Below, in pieces: positions 1-10,054 of a stretch of DNA of 64,000 bases. Under the pieces are notes generated by a model that had not been told where the DNA came from, did not search any database, and saw only the letters and a list, made by a program, of their open reading frames with translations. The stretch spans positions 352,001-416,000 of the forward strand of contig CAVSGI010000014.1 in NCBI GenBank assembly GCA_963727445.1, in the 5' to 3' direction. Position 1 is the stretch's first letter; each line of letters begins with the position of its first letter. This DNA comes from an uncultured delta proteobacterium. Lineage in GTDB: Bacteria > Myxococcota_A > Polyangia > Polyangiales > B10-G4. The translations under genes were made by a program, and so were the position numbers.

Positions 1-1149
1 TTCCTTTTCTCGGTTTGGCTCGTGGCCACTCTCTTCGCCTGCAGCGACCCCGGCGTCCCCCTTCCCGACGGCGGGATGGACGCGGGCCGCACGGATGGCA
101 GCGGGGGCTGCGAAGCGCCGACCGAGCTTTGCGGCACGCGCTGCGTCAACGTCATGAACGACGGGCGCAACTGCGGTAGCTGCGGAATGGAATGCGCGGC
201 CGGCAGCTTCTGCTCGAGCGGAGTCTGCAGCCGCACCTGCCCCTCCGGCACCACCGCCTGCGGGGGTGACTGCGCCGACTTCGCCACCGACCGCAACCAC
301 TGCGGCGATTGCGATACCGTGTGCGCGGCGGACCAGGACTGTCGCGGCGGCGCCTGCACCTGCCCCGAGGGCTACACCACCTGTGACGGATCCTGCGTGG
401 ATCCGGAGACCGACGCCTCGAACTGCGGCGTCTGCGGTCGGACCTGCGCCACGGACGAGGTGTGCAGCATGGGGATGTGCACCTGCGGCGCCGGGGCCCG
501 CGAGTCCGAGTGCAACGACATGATGGACGACGACTGCGACGGGATGATCGACTGCGACGACCCCGACTGCGCCGACGCCACCCGCCCCTGCATGGGTATG
601 TGCGGTGCGGGCGTCGAGACCTGCGACGGCGCAGGGAGCTGGGGGATGTGCGAGGGTGGCGACGGCGGGATGGAGATCTGCGGCGACGGGATCGACCAGG
701 ATTGCGACGGCGTCGACACGCGCAACCCGGACATGTACGAGCCGAACGACGACTGCGGCTCCTGCGCGCTCATCTCGATGGAAACCGACCCGGTGATCAC
801 CATCCAGGCGCGCTTCGATTCCGTGGACGACAACGTCGATTGCTACCGCTTCATCGCCGACGACTCGATCTACGGCGAGAACATCGACGTCAGCCTCACC
901 AACATCCCGGCGGGCCACGACTACGACGTCTTCCTCTACCGCAACTACGACGACTGCGTCTCCCGCACCCCTCTCGTGAGCGGCACCAACTTCGACAACG
1001 CCGACGAGAACATCTGCTGGCCCGAGCGCTTCGCCCTCGACGACGGCGGAACGTATTACATCCGCGTCACCCGCTTCCGCGGTCAGAGCTGCACCGACGA
1101 CTACTCCCTCCACGTCGACGGTCTCAACGACCCGCGCCCCTGCCCCTGA
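1..1149 (+). CDS. Cys-rich myxobacterial lipoprotein (repeated CxxCxxxC modules, DxDCDG metal-binding repeats, C-terminal PPC-like domain); 5' end outside window
   Basis: Frame is open from base 1 (FLFSVWLVATLFAC = end of a signal peptide with lipobox); repeats such as NCGSCGMEC, HCGDCDTVC, DDDCDGMIDCDD, EICGDGIDQDCDG; YEPND...DYDVFLY...YYIRV. Confidence 0.7.
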   Translation, partial: FLFSVWLVATLFACSDPGVPLPDGGMDAGRTDGSGGCEAPTELCGTRCVNVMNDGRNCGSCGMECAAGSFCSSGVCSRTCPSGTTACGGDCADFATDRNHCGDCDTVCAADQDCRGGACTCPEGYTTCDGSCVDPETDASNCGVCGRTCATDEVCSMGMCTCGAGARESECNDMMDDDCDGMIDCDDPDCADATRPCMGMCGAGVETCDGAGSWGMCEGGDGGMEICGDGIDQDCDGVDTRNPDMYEPNDDCGSCALISMETDPVITIQARFDSVDDNVDCYRFIADDSIYGENIDVSLTNIPAGHDYDVFLYRNYDDCVSRTPLVSGTNFDNADENICWPERFALDDGGTYYIRVTRFRGQSCTDDYSLHVDGLNDPRPCP

Positions 1150-1195
1150 AAGGGACGGTTGACGCCCACGGCACCCGGGCACTACAGAGGCGGCC

Positions 1196-2083
1196 ATGGC
1201 GAGCTCCCACAGAAACATCCTCATCACCGGCGCCAACAAGGGCGTCGGCCGCGCGACCGTGGCCGCCGTGCTCGGCGCACACGACGACACCTTCGTCTTC
1301 CTCGGCTCACGCGACAAAGGGCGCGGCGAGACGACCCGAAACGAGCTCGTCGCCGAACACCCCGACTGGGCCAACCGCATCGAGGTCGTCCCACTCGACG
1401 TCTCCGACGACGCCTCGGTGAAGGCCGCCGCGGAACATGTGCGCGCGACGCTCGGCGACGGCGGCACCCTCTACGGCCTCGTCAACAACGCTGGCATCGG
1501 CTACGGGCACGACATGAAGACCGTCGTCGACGTCAACGCCTACGGGCCGCGCCGCGTGTGCGAGACCTTCATGCCGCTCCTCGCTGCCGATGGACGCATC
1601 GCGAACGTCGCCTCCGCCGCCGGTCCCAACTTCGTCTCGCGGTGCAGCGCCGAAAACCAGAAAGCGCTCACCTCCCCCGACGTCACCTGGGCCGACGTCG
1701 AGCGGATCATCGACACCTGCCTCTCCATCGAGGCCGAGGGCGGCGACTTCGGCAAGGCCGGCCTCGACGGCGAGGCCTACGGCCTGTCGAAGGCCGCCCT
1801 CATCGCCTACACCATCGAGCTCGCGCGTCGTTACCCCGAGCGCACCATCAACGCCTGCACGCCCGGCTTCATCGAGACGGACCTGACGCGCGCGATGGCC
1901 AAAGCGCAGAACCGCAGCCCTGCCGACATGGGCATGCTGCAGCCGGCCGAAGGCACTCGCGCCACCATGCACCTGCTCTTCGGCGACGTTGGCGGCACCG
2001 GCTGGTACTTCGGCAGCGACGCCCAGCGCAGTCCCCTCGACCGCTACCGCTCCCCCGGCGATCCACCCTACACCGGGGATTGA
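1196..2083 (+). CDS. Short-chain dehydrogenase/reductase (carbonyl reductase-like)
   Basis: ITGANKGVG Rossmann motif, LVNNAG, YGLSK catalytic motif, CTPGFIETDLT. Confidence 0.9.
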   Translation: MASSHRNILITGANKGVGRATVAAVLGAHDDTFVFLGSRDKGRGETTRNELVAEHPDWANRIEVVPLDVSDDASVKAAAEHVRATLGDGGTLYGLVNNAGIGYGHDMKTVVDVNAYGPRRVCETFMPLLAADGRIANVASAAGPNFVSRCSAENQKALTSPDVTWADVERIIDTCLSIEAEGGDFGKAGLDGEAYGLSKAALIAYTIELARRYPERTINACTPGFIETDLTRAMAKAQNRSPADMGMLQPAEGTRATMHLLFGDVGGTGWYFGSDAQRSPLDRYRSPGDPPYTGD

Positions 2084-2158
2084 GCGGCTTTCGGGGCTTT
2101 TTCGGGACTCAGCGCTTTTTCGGCTCACGTCGCTACGCCGCCGCGTACCCTCGTTCCC

Positions 2159-2578
2159 ATGGCGAAGAAGAAGCAGCCCGAGCTCGAGCCACCCCTCGCG
2201 CCGACGCCGACGCCGAACGTGCCGATCTTTCGGCGCGGCGCCGCGCTCGGCAGCGCACTGGCCCTGGGGGTCACACTGGCGAGCTGCGGCGACGACGGCG
2301 AGCCGCCGATGGTCCTGAGGGACACCGGCACGACCTTCGACACGGGCACCGGCGACGGAAGCACCGACACCGGGCCGCCGCCGCCGATGCCGCCGCCCAT
2401 CGACTCGGGCACATTGGACGCGACGGCTGACGGCTCGACCGATGCGAGCGCGGATGGCGCTGCGGACGGCGCGGTGGACGCCGCTGGTGATGGTTCGGCC
2501 GATGCGGCGAGCGACGGATCCGTCCCCGACACCGGGCCTCCCCCGCCGATGCCTCCCCCGCCGATGCCCGCGCCGTGA
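2159..2578 (+). CDS. Small low-complexity Pro/Asp-rich putative lipoprotein with repeated DTGPPPPMPPP motif
   Basis: Hydrophobic stretch ending in LASC lipobox; two DTGPPPPMPPP copies; stop overlaps the next start (GTGA). Confidence 0.65.
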   Translation: MAKKKQPELEPPLAPTPTPNVPIFRRGAALGSALALGVTLASCGDDGEPPMVLRDTGTTFDTGTGDGSTDTGPPPPMPPPIDSGTLDATADGSTDASADGAADGAVDAAGDGSADAASDGSVPDTGPPPPMPPPPMPAP

Positions 2579-3576
2579 GCGCCGAGGTCGACCCCGCCTG
2601 GCGGGCGTGGATCGCCGAAAACGTCCTTCGCGGCGTACCCCACCGCCGGATCGTCGAGCGCCTCGAAGCCGAGGGCCTGAGCGCCCACGACGCACGCACC
2701 CTCCTCGACGAGGTCGCCGGGGCGCCCGAGACCCACGGCGGCGCGCGCGTCACCCGGCGCCAGAGACGTCTCGAGCTCGTCGCCCGCCTCATGGAGGAGC
2801 TCGACGGTCTCGCCGCCGATCCCCACGCCGTCCCCCGCACGACCGCGATCGACGCGCCGCGCTTCTACGACCACTACTACGCCGCAAACCGCCCGGTGCT
2901 CATCGAGGGCTACGCGCGCGAGTGGCCGGCGATGCTCTGGACCTTCGAGCACCTGCGCGCCCGCTTCGGGGACGCCGAGGTCTCGGTGACCGTGCGCCGC
3001 GAGGACAACCCGAGCTACGACATGGAGCAATCGAAGCATCGGGAGACGATGCCGCTGCGCGACGTGATCGACCGCATCGCCTCCGAGCCCGAGAGCAACG
3101 ACTTCTACATGGTCGCGCAGGGACGCAACACCGACCTGCCCGCCCTCGCCCCTCTCTTCGACGACGTCCTGATGGACGACGGCATCCTGGTCCGCGACGA
3201 GATCGCTGGCGCGACCGCGCTCTGGCTCGGCCCGGCGGGCACCTTCACCCCGCCGCATCACGACACCTGCAACGTCCTCTTCGTCCAGCTCATCGGGCGA
3301 AAGCGCTTCAGACTCGCCTCACCCTTCGCCCTGTCTCTCCACGACCGCGCCCGTGCCACCTACGTCGTCGAGGCCGACGGCTCACAGCGAGGTCTGCCGA
3401 CCTTCGGCGACGACGTCCCCGACAAGGAGGTTCTGCTCGAACCGGGCGACGCGCTCTTCATCCCCGTCGGCTGGTGGCACAGCGTGGTCTCGCTCGACCC
3501 GAGCGTGAGCCTCGGCTTCGCCAACTTCCGCGGCAACAACTCCTTCGACTGGTTTCGGCCGGGCGCAGTGAAGTAG
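2575..3576 (+). CDS. JmjC/cupin-8 family Fe(II)/2-oxoglutarate oxygenase
   Basis: NRPVLI..WPA..WT, LWLGP, HHD (HxD), GRKRF, LEPGDALFIPVGWWHSV (distal His). Confidence 0.9.
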   Translation: MSAEVDPAWRAWIAENVLRGVPHRRIVERLEAEGLSAHDARTLLDEVAGAPETHGGARVTRRQRRLELVARLMEELDGLAADPHAVPRTTAIDAPRFYDHYYAANRPVLIEGYAREWPAMLWTFEHLRARFGDAEVSVTVRREDNPSYDMEQSKHRETMPLRDVIDRIASEPESNDFYMVAQGRNTDLPALAPLFDDVLMDDGILVRDEIAGATALWLGPAGTFTPPHHDTCNVLFVQLIGRKRFRLASPFALSLHDRARATYVVEADGSQRGLPTFGDDVPDKEVLLEPGDALFIPVGWWHSVVSLDPSVSLGFANFRGNNSFDWFRPGAVK

Positions 3577-3606
3577 CACGCCGCGCTTGGTACTCTCCGA
3601 ACACCG

Positions 3607-4677
3607 ATGCGTGGGGCCCAGCACATCCTTCTGTCGACAATCGTCCTCGTGGCGGTGGGCTGCGACGACTGCGGCGAAGAGGCGTCGCCGGAGCTCACGC
3701 CGCCGTCGAGCGAAACGGCCACCGAAGGAGCCGAGAGCGAAAGCGCGACGGACGAGTCCATCGCTGCCCGCTGCGCGGAGGCGAGGACGCGCGCCGAGGA
3801 GATCCTCGGCGAGCACGCGAGCCTCGAAGGCGCAGACGTCCTCGGCCACTGCATCGGCGAGAGCGAGGGCGGCGCTTGGATCCTGATGCCCATCGCCGCG
3901 ACGAGCGAGGAGCGCGAGGGCGAAGACCCCTATGGCAACCCCGGCGACATCGCGCACGGCACGGCCACCACCATCCGCTACCGGGTCACCTTCCTCGCCC
4001 CCGGCGGCGAGACCATCGAGGAGGAGAGCGAGCGCACCTTTTCGCGCGACACCTTCGACGCCAGCAGCCAGTCCGTGCAGGTCCAGCACGCCTTCGACTA
4101 CGACGGCGACGGTCGCTCGGAGGTCATCCTCCTCTTCAACGACTTCGTCTACGAGGACTCGGACTACAGCCAGAAGTTCTGGACGATTCGGGATGGGGCC
4201 ATCCGCGACTACGCGCCGGCGGATGGCATCGACGTCGCCTCGCTGGTCGACCGCGACGGCGATGGACGCATGGACATCGTCTCCGCCGCCAAGTTCTACG
4301 GCGAGCCAGCCGGCGCGAACGGAGATCCCATCGGCAACCCCGAGGTCCTCTTCCACTCACTGCCAGACGGAACTTTCACGCCCTCGGACGAAGTGGCCGC
4401 ATCGTTTCTTCGCGAACGTTGTCCGGCCCCGCCCGCGACCCTCATCGCCGACCACTCGGACCTGCTCGGCGCCGAGCTCTCCGTCACCTGCGCCACGCTT
4501 TGGGGTGCGAACGCAGCAGACCTTCACGCCCGCATCGACGCGGAGCTCGAAGGCGTCCCCGAACGTGACCGCGCCTACCTGGCGGACGCCCTCCACGCGA
4601 GCGCGGACATCGAACCGGTGGTGCTCCTCGGGAGCAGCGAAGAAGAGGGCACCGCTCCCACGGGACCAACCCACTGA
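3607..4677 (+). CDS. Hypothetical lipoprotein with FG-GAP-like Ca-binding loops
   Basis: Lipobox AVGC; DYDGDGRSE and DRDGDGRMD motifs. Confidence 0.6.
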   Translation: MRGAQHILLSTIVLVAVGCDDCGEEASPELTPPSSETATEGAESESATDESIAARCAEARTRAEEILGEHASLEGADVLGHCIGESEGGAWILMPIAATSEEREGEDPYGNPGDIAHGTATTIRYRVTFLAPGGETIEEESERTFSRDTFDASSQSVQVQHAFDYDGDGRSEVILLFNDFVYEDSDYSQKFWTIRDGAIRDYAPADGIDVASLVDRDGDGRMDIVSAAKFYGEPAGANGDPIGNPEVLFHSLPDGTFTPSDEVAASFLRERCPAPPATLIADHSDLLGAELSVTCATLWGANAADLHARIDAELEGVPERDRAYLADALHASADIEPVVLLGSSEEEGTAPTGPTH

Positions 4678-4683
4678 CATCCG

Positions 4684-5802
4684 TCACTCCCCGGGCATCA
4701 ACACCCAAACATCCGTCACCGGCGCGCTGCCATCGTATCCGCCGAGCATCGTCCCAAGTGCCGGAGCCGCCGCCGGCAGCACCGCGGTGAACGCCCGCGC
4801 GGCAAAGGCGTCGGGAAGCGCCAGCTCGGTCCATCGCTTCTCCTCGAGGTCGAGGTACCAGAAGTCGCCGTAGGGTTGCATGCGTCCGTCGAAGCCGGTC
4901 GCCACGTAGAGCCCGCGGCCGCTCTGTTCCAGGACCGTCCAGGAAACGCGGCGCCCCGGTGGCACATCGCCTTCGATGACAACCTCGCTCCAGGTCTCGC
5001 TCATCGCGTCGAAGAGCCAGACGTCGGAGAAGAACGCCGCGCCCGTCGCCGAGTACGCGCCGCCGTAGAGCATCAAGGTCTCGTCGTCGAGCGGAAGAAA
5101 GCGGCCGTCGTAGCGCGCAGATGGCCCCGTCGCGTCGAGGGTGATCCACGCGCGCCCCTCCGGATCGTAGCGGTGAATGGTGTCGCTCGTTCCCCCTTCC
5201 CCGCCGCCGCCGAAGAGATACATCGCGCCGCGCGCTCGGCTGTAGGCGAGCATGCACCCGACCACCTCACCCGGTGTCTCCGGCACCTCCACCTGCGTCC
5301 AGGTCCCGGCTTCGAGGTCGAGCTCCCAGGTCTCCGCAGGAACGTTCTCGGGGCCCACCAGGTCGCGGCCGCCGGTGAGCACGACGCGGCCGCGGTCCGG
5401 ATCGTACGCGGCACATCCGCAATAGCGCGGCGCCGGCCCGTCCCCTTCGATGGCGATCGCTTCGAGCGCGCCGCTGCTGGCGTCGTAGAGCCACGTCCCG
5501 TCGAGGGTCGTCCCGCCGAGCTGCGATGCGGTCGTCCCGCCGAAGACCACCGCCCGCGACGCATCGATGGGCGCAACCATCGGCCCCCACACCCGGAGCG
5601 GCCCATCGGCCGGCGGGTCGATGGCCTCGAAGTGCACCGCGGTCGGATTCGGGGCCGCACCGGTGTCCTCGGCCATCGCATCGGGCGATGCATCGCCCGC
5701 GTCCGCCGCCGAGGCGTCCGCCGCCCCCCGCGTTCCTTCTTCGCACGCAGACGAAACCACCGCGACGACGACGACGCCCAGCGCCCATCGATCTCGAATC
5801 AT
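4684..5802 (-). CDS. Kelch-repeat beta-propeller lipoprotein
   Basis: Repeated FGG/TGG/YGG followed by D/ETW-x-Y/FD; ATG at 5802 preceded by AGGAGG; SSAC lipobox. Confidence 0.85.
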   Translation of the reverse strand: MIRDRWALGVVVVAVVSSACEEGTRGAADASAADAGDASPDAMAEDTGAAPNPTAVHFEAIDPPADGPLRVWGPMVAPIDASRAVVFGGTTASQLGGTTLDGTWLYDASSGALEAIAIEGDGPAPRYCGCAAYDPDRGRVVLTGGRDLVGPENVPAETWELDLEAGTWTQVEVPETPGEVVGCMLAYSRARGAMYLFGGGGEGGTSDTIHRYDPEGRAWITLDATGPSARYDGRFLPLDDETLMLYGGAYSATGAAFFSDVWLFDAMSETWSEVVIEGDVPPGRRVSWTVLEQSGRGLYVATGFDGRMQPYGDFWYLDLEEKRWTELALPDAFAARAFTAVLPAAAPALGTMLGGYDGSAPVTDVWVLMPGE

Positions 5803-5975
5803 CTTCCGACCTCCTCGTCGCGAGCTCCGAGGCAAGAGCCGTTCCACCATTCGGTCAGCCTTTTTCGAGCGCCCACTGCGCGAAATGGAGCGCCCCGTCA
5901 GGTTTCGCACGCCCCGAGCGTCAGCCCGAAGCCCGCGCGTTTGACGCCGTCCGCCTCCATTGGTAATCGCCAGCC

Positions 5976-6716
5976 ATGGGCGAAACGAAGATCGAAGTCG
6001 AAGTCGACGGCGGCACCCTCGATGGCCGCCTCATCCTCCCCGAAGGCGACGGCCCCTTCCCCCTCGTCGTCTACTACATGGACGCGGGCGGCCTGCGGCC
6101 TGCGACCTCGCAGATGGGCGAGCGCTTCGCGAGCGCTGGCTACGCCGTCGTGCAGCCGAACCTCTACTGGCGCTCGGGTCCCTACGAGCCCTTCGACTGC
6201 AAGACGGTCTTCACGGACGAAGCCGAACGCGGGCGCTTGATGAAGCTCATCTCCGCAGTCAAAGCCGACCAGGCCATGGACGACACGCGCGCCATCGTCG
6301 GCGCGATCGAGGACGACCCGCGCGTCAACGCCGAGCGCTTCGGCTGCGTCGGTTACTGCATGGGGGGCCGCATCTCCTTCGTCGCCGCGACCAAGCTCGG
6401 CGATCGCGTGGCGGCCGCCGCCTCGATCCACGGCGGCGGCATCGTGAGCGACGCGCCGGACAGCCCTCATCTCGGCGCGAAGGACATCCGCTGCCCGCTC
6501 TACCTCGGCGTGGCCGACGAGGACCGGAGCTGCACGCCGGAGCACCAGGCCACCCTCCGTGAAGCGCTCGACGCCGCAGGGGTTCGCTACCAGATGGAGC
6601 TCTACGAAGGGAAACACCACGGCTTCGCGATGTCGGACTTCCCCGTCTACGACGAAGAAGCTTCCGAGAAGCACTACGAGCGGGTCCTCGCGCTCTTCGC
6701 CGAAACGCTTCGCTGA
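5976..6716 (+). CDS. Dienelactone hydrolase family protein
   Basis: GYCMGG nucleophile motif, Asp (DEDRS), HHGF catalytic His. Confidence 0.92.
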   Translation: MGETKIEVEVDGGTLDGRLILPEGDGPFPLVVYYMDAGGLRPATSQMGERFASAGYAVVQPNLYWRSGPYEPFDCKTVFTDEAERGRLMKLISAVKADQAMDDTRAIVGAIEDDPRVNAERFGCVGYCMGGRISFVAATKLGDRVAAAASIHGGGIVSDAPDSPHLGAKDIRCPLYLGVADEDRSCTPEHQATLREALDAAGVRYQMELYEGKHHGFAMSDFPVYDEEASEKHYERVLALFAETLR

Positions 6717-6851
6717 GACCCACGTCCGGCAGGGGTGCGGCCGGCCGAGGCGCGTCAGCGCGCCCCCCGGCCGAATGAATGTCGGCGATCGCCGCGCAAC
6801 GAGTAGGCCGTTCAGGGGGCGCGGGAAGTCGCAGGCGCCTGGAGGCGAACG

Positions 6852-8591
6852 ATGGCGATCTTCCGACTGCGCATGGCTGCCGGCGTGCTGAGCTGCGCCC
6901 TGTTGGGCTGCACCGTGGGGATGGACGGGCCCGGTCCCTTGTCCTTCGATGGCGGGGTCTGCACCCCGGGCACGCGGGCTTGCCACGACCAGGGCGCGAT
7001 GGTCTGCGCCGACGACGGCAGTGGCTTCGTGATCGAAGAGACCTGCGATCCCGCCGCCGGGACTTTTTGCGACGAGCGCTCCGGACGCTGCGTCGACCCC
7101 TGCGCCCAGGCCGAGACCGCCCAGGGCAACGTCGGCTGCGAGTACTGGCCGGTCACGACGCTCAACCCACAGGTCGCAGAAGAGATCGACTTCGGCGTGG
7201 TCCTCGCCAACGGCGAGCCCTTCGACGCCGTCGTGACGGTCGAACGCGCGGGCACCGTGGTCGCCGAGACCACCGTCGCGGCGGGGAGCGTGGAGACCCT
7301 GGTGCTTCCCTGGGTCGACGAGCTCAAGGGGCTCGAGGTCACGCGCGCCCGCTACGCTTCGAGCCTCACCCGCGGCGGCGCCTACCGTTTGCGCTCGAAC
7401 GTCCCGGTGGTCGTCCACCAGTTCAACCCGCTGCACTACCGGATCGACCGCGACTGCGCGAACGAGCAACGCCTCATGTTGCCGATGGACGATGGCGAGT
7501 GCTTCTCCTGGAGCAACGACGCGTCGCTTCTGCTGCCCACCCACGCGCTCACCGGCAGCTACCACGTGCTCGGCTGGCCGAGCATCGTGAACCGCGCCGA
7601 CCAGGACGGAGCGGTCGGCTTCGGCGGCGCGCCCGGCTTCGTCACCATCGTCGGCGTCGAGGACACCCCGGTCGAAGTGGAGGTGCGCCTCGGCGCGACC
7701 GTTCTCGGCTCCGACGTGCCGGGAGACGTGGACGCGGCGAGCGCCGGCGAGTCCCTGCGCTTCACGCTCGGCGCCGGCGACACGGTACAGCTCGCCTCGG
7801 CGATGCCCGAGCTCTGCGGCGCAGGGAGCCGCTCCGAAATGATGGGAGCGCAGCTCGTCACCTATTGCATCCTCCCCGAGGACTACGACCTCACGGGCAC
7901 CGAGGTGCGCGCGACTGGACGCGTCGCCGTGATGGCGGGTCACGCGTGCGCCTTCGTCCCCATCGACCAATGGGCCTGCGATCACCTCGAAGAGATGGTG
8001 CCGCCACTCGAGACCCTGTCGAATCACGTCGTCATCGCCCCCACCGAGCCGCTCGAGGGCGAGCCGAACGTCCTCCGGGTGATGAGCGCCGTCGACGACA
8101 ACCACATCCGCTTCGACCCGCCGCTGCGCGAGGAGGTCGTCCTCGAACGCGGCGCCTTCGTCGAGCTCGAGATCCACGAGCACGTCGAGGTACGCGGCAC
8201 GGGCCCGCTCCTGGCCGCGCAGTTCATGGTCGGCCAGACCTACGCGGGCGGCGACGTCGACGCGGGCGGCGACCCTTCGATGACCTACGCCGTCCCCGTC
8301 GAGCAGTACCGCGACCACTACACCTTCTCGGCGCCGGACACCTACGATGAGAGCTGGGTCGTGGTGACCGCTCCGGCCGGCGCCGAAGTGACACTCGACG
8401 GCGTGCGGGTCGACGGCTTCAGCGCCGTGGGAGGCAGCGAGCTCCGGACGGCCCGCGCCCCCCTCGACGCGGGCCCGCACAGGATGCGCGGGGACAGCCC
8501 ATTCGGGATCATCGTCTACGGCGTCGGCGCCGCCACCAGCTACGCCTACCCCGGCGGGCTCGATCTCCGACAGATCACCGCGCCGTTCTGA
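6852..8591 (+). CDS. IgGFc-binding domain lipoprotein
   Basis: NVGCEYWPV, HQFNPL, SNDASLLLP, CDHLEE, GDPSM...VPVEQYR, SYAYPGG signature of the myxobacterial IgGFc_binding family. Confidence 0.85.
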   Translation: MAIFRLRMAAGVLSCALLGCTVGMDGPGPLSFDGGVCTPGTRACHDQGAMVCADDGSGFVIEETCDPAAGTFCDERSGRCVDPCAQAETAQGNVGCEYWPVTTLNPQVAEEIDFGVVLANGEPFDAVVTVERAGTVVAETTVAAGSVETLVLPWVDELKGLEVTRARYASSLTRGGAYRLRSNVPVVVHQFNPLHYRIDRDCANEQRLMLPMDDGECFSWSNDASLLLPTHALTGSYHVLGWPSIVNRADQDGAVGFGGAPGFVTIVGVEDTPVEVEVRLGATVLGSDVPGDVDAASAGESLRFTLGAGDTVQLASAMPELCGAGSRSEMMGAQLVTYCILPEDYDLTGTEVRATGRVAVMAGHACAFVPIDQWACDHLEEMVPPLETLSNHVVIAPTEPLEGEPNVLRVMSAVDDNHIRFDPPLREEVVLERGAFVELEIHEHVEVRGTGPLLAAQFMVGQTYAGGDVDAGGDPSMTYAVPVEQYRDHYTFSAPDTYDESWVVVTAPAGAEVTLDGVRVDGFSAVGGSELRTARAPLDAGPHRMRGDSPFGIIVYGVGAATSYAYPGGLDLRQITAPF

Positions 8592-8600
8592 GCGCGAGGG

Positions 8601-9191
8601 CTACGAAGCCAGCTCGAAGGCCTCGGGCGCGTCGGCCGGTCCCGGGATGTCGAGGAGAAAGCGCCGCACTTCGCGCTCGGTCTTCACGGGGCAGCCATAC
8701 GCCTGAAAGCCCAGAAAAAGCTCGCGCCGATCGACGGCGGGTGCGCCGGCAAAGGCCTCCTCGTAGGCCGCCTCGACCCGCGCGCGCACAGTCGCGGGAT
8801 CGGAGAGATCGAGCGAGCGTGCGCGCGCCGCCGGCGAACGCGCGATCATCGTCGCTCCGCGGACCACGAAGGTCCCCCGCGTCGCGCCGCCCGGGCAGAG
8901 GCAGTCGACGAGCTCGGTCGTCTCGGCCTCCGCGTCGTACGCCTCGTCCTCCATGCAGAGGATCAGAACGCCGCGCCGACCATCGGTCACGAGCGTGAGG
9001 ATCACGTGGATCGACGTGTAGTCGTCTTCCGGCGCGCCCGTCCTGAGCGCTTCGGGGAGCGCGGACATGGCCAGCGCCTCGAGCACATGGAGGTCGCTGT
9101 CCTGCAGCTGCCGGGCGACGCGCTCGGTCAGATCCAGGTCGAAAGACCCATCGGTGGAGAGTCGCGGCTGTCGAGGTTTCTTCATGCCCAT
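8601..9191 (-). CDS. Hypothetical protein
   Basis: Typical composition, AAAGGA upstream of the ATG, fills the gap between neighbours. Confidence 0.55.
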   Translation of the reverse strand: MGMKKPRQPRLSTDGSFDLDLTERVARQLQDSDLHVLEALAMSALPEALRTGAPEDDYTSIHVILTLVTDGRRGVLILCMEDEAYDAEAETTELVDCLCPGGATRGTFVVRGATMIARSPAARARSLDLSDPATVRARVEAAYEEAFAGAPAVDRRELFLGFQAYGCPVKTEREVRRFLLDIPGPADAPEAFELAS

Positions 9192-9378
9192 CCTTTCGGC
9201 GATGGCGCCTTATCGGTTCGACAGCGAGGGAGTTGCGGCGATCGGGGCCCGTGTCCCCCCGCAGGGGTGACAAACGAGTCTGTCCCTTCGAGAAATCTCA
9301 ACGGCGCGTGAACAATCGGCTTTCAATCCTTGAACGCCCCTCTTTGCGGAGGCAAAACAATCCGGTAGGGGGAGCCAG

Positions 9379-10020
9379 GTGAAGAGCATCCTCGTCGTCG
9401 AGGACAACGAGATCGTCGTAAGGAGCCTGGAACGCTTCTTCTCGCGGACCGACAGCACGCTCATCGTCACGCGCAGCCTTCGAGAAGCGCGCGGGGTGCT
9501 CGCGAGCGACCAGGAAATTACCGCGATGATCGTCGATCTCGGCCTTCCCGATGGGTCGGGTCTCGAGCTTCTCGCGGAGACCAGCGCCCTCGAGCCCCGC
9601 ATCCCGACCATGGTGATGAGCGGTACCTGGTCGGACGAGATGGTGCGCCGCGCCCAGATCTTCGGCGCTCTGTTCGTGCCCAAGCCCGCGTCCGCCGACA
9701 ATCTCCACGCGTTCTTGAAGTGGGCACATGGAACCGCGTCGGCCCGTACCACACTCCACCGAGAGCTCAGTGAGCTCACCACCCGTCATGGCCTCACCAA
9801 ACGCGAAGCGGAGATCGTCGCTTTCGCGGCCCGCGGAATGACGCGCAGCGAGATCATCAAAGAGCTCGGCATCAGCCCCAACACCATGAAGACGCTCACA
9901 CGCCGCATGCTCAAGAAGGCCAAGAAGTCCGGCCTCGACGAGCTACGCTCCGAGCTCCTCTCGCGGATCTTCGCCGAAGAGGAGGATGCAGAGGGCGACG
10001 GCGACGGGACGCCGAACTGA
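9379..10020 (+). CDS. Orphan NarL/LuxR-family response regulator
   Basis: Receiver (ILVVED, DLGLPDGSG, PKP) plus LTKREAEI...ELGISPNT HTH. Confidence 0.88.
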   Translation: MKSILVVEDNEIVVRSLERFFSRTDSTLIVTRSLREARGVLASDQEITAMIVDLGLPDGSGLELLAETSALEPRIPTMVMSGTWSDEMVRRAQIFGALFVPKPASADNLHAFLKWAHGTASARTTLHRELSELTTRHGLTKREAEIVAFAARGMTRSEIIKELGISPNTMKTLTRRMLKKAKKSGLDELRSELLSRIFAEEEDAEGDGDGTPN

Positions 10021-10054
10021 GCGCCCCAGCTGACACGTCTCGACGGCGATGGAC

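Noticed and set aside
2081..2127. Three GCTTT(TT)CGG units after the SDR gene as a terminator or repeat element
   Set aside because: Short and degenerate, with no convincing stem preceding the T runs.
5898..8480. Long antisense or alternate-frame ORFs (also 10049-12205, 25514-28045, 33562-36312, 41213-44236, 58283-60598)
   Set aside because: Shadow ORFs expected in high-GC DNA; they overlap well-supported genes and lack motifs outside any embedded real gene.
9252..9272. Imperfect palindrome TGTCCCCCC-GCA-GGGGTGACA between divergent genes
   Set aside because: Could be a regulator site, but it is a single imperfect instance in GC-rich DNA with no independent support.
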